Of a stretch of 49,534 nt of DNA, positions 48,735 to 49,534 are shown piece after piece. Every line of letters begins with the position of its first letter. Within the stretch, counting starts at the first letter, position 1. Source of the stretch: Catajapyx aquilonaris (Eukaryota); assembly GCA_000934665.2 (NCBI GenBank), contig JYFJ02002920.1, positions 1 through 49,534 on the forward strand, written 5' to 3'. The translations under genes and the position numbers were made by a program. The notes under the pieces are model-generated. The model did not search any database and had not been told where the DNA came from. It worked only from the letters and a program-made list of their open reading frames with translations.

Positions 48735-49270
48735 AACCGTTCACGGGATGTGACTCGGTTTCATCTTTCAGTGGCAAGGGGAAGAAGAGTGCATTTGAGG
48801 CATGGATTGCTTATCCGCAAGCAACAAATGGTTTCCTTAACTCCTTTCCGAAGGAAAAGTGGATGAGGCGAAAGGGGCCATTGAAAGGTTTACAGTAACC
48901 CTCTACGACAGGTCGTCTAGCTTAACCAGTGTGAATCAGTGCCGAAAATTCCTCTTCACTATGAAAGGCAGACCTCTCGAGAACATTCCGCCAACCTCCG
49001 ATTCACTTGAGCAGCATGCCCGCCGAGCAGCTTTTCAAGGTGGGTTCATTTGGGGTCAGGCGCTACGTCCACTTCTGACGTCACCGAGTCCAGAACAGTG
49101 GGGCTGGAAAAGAAATTCAAATGATGCATGGGATCCGCGATGGACAATGTTGCCGCCTGCATCACAATCCTGCAAGGAGCTGATTCGTTGTGCGCTGCAA
49201 ATGCGTCAGAGCGGAACTGCCCTGCACTGAACTCTGTGCATGTGATGGGCAGTGCCGTGACGACGATGAA
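48735..49270 (+). mobile_element. Academ-like transposon protein C-terminus (XPG/FEN1-type H3TH plus Cys-rich CXC finger)
   Basis: FTGCDSVSSFSGKGKKSAFEAW..IERFTVTLY..NIPPTSDSLEQHARRAAFQ..IW..SPEQWGW..CKELIRC..CKCVRAELPCTELCACDGQC, with frameshifts. Confidence 0.7.
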
Positions 49271-49534
49271 GTATTATTATTATTACCACTCTTGTTATTA
49301 CCTACTTTTGTAAAAAAAAGCATAAACACTAATAAATAATGCATTCCCCATTTTGACCCTCAGATTCGACCAAGATGTTTTGGGCCCTAAACACCAAGCT
49401 GTCCGTCGACCTTGTGTTGCTGATGCCCTGGATAGCTGACAGTGAGTGTAAGTATGCAACGACCTAAGCTGCCTTCCAGCCGCTCCAGCGCCCTAACGAT
49501 GTTTTCTCGCTCTGCCTGGAATATACTAGCGTGA

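Overview
Eukaryotic DNA, most likely from an invertebrate animal: AT-rich, with short GT-AG introns and densely packed transposon debris. There is one apparently intact host-like gene, a 6-exon, ~370-aa coiled-coil protein with a hydrophobic C-terminal tail (minus strand, 10696-9115). The right third holds three decayed Helentron/Helitron2-type rolling-circle transposon segments. In the longest (39.8-43.9 kb) the HUH-Y2 Rep plus PIF1 helicase runs directly into a ubiquitin-specific protease (peptidase C19) domain, where Helentrons usually carry an AP endonuclease. Nested or adjacent are a pogo/CENP-B-type transposon interrupted by a tRNA-derived SINE, an internally deleted mariner with TIRs and TA duplication, and fragments of Academ, Gypsy, P-like, CACTA-like and several LINE elements, plus an SGNH esterase ORF. 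About 19 kb (11.8-31 kb) has almost no recognisable TE protein. It is instead a mosaic of diverged, same-orientation paralogous modules with traces of minus-strand coding (e.g. a repeated YCSS[I/V]Q-stop C-terminus), possibly a decayed unknown multigene array. All family calls come from motif recognition by eye; no database search was run.
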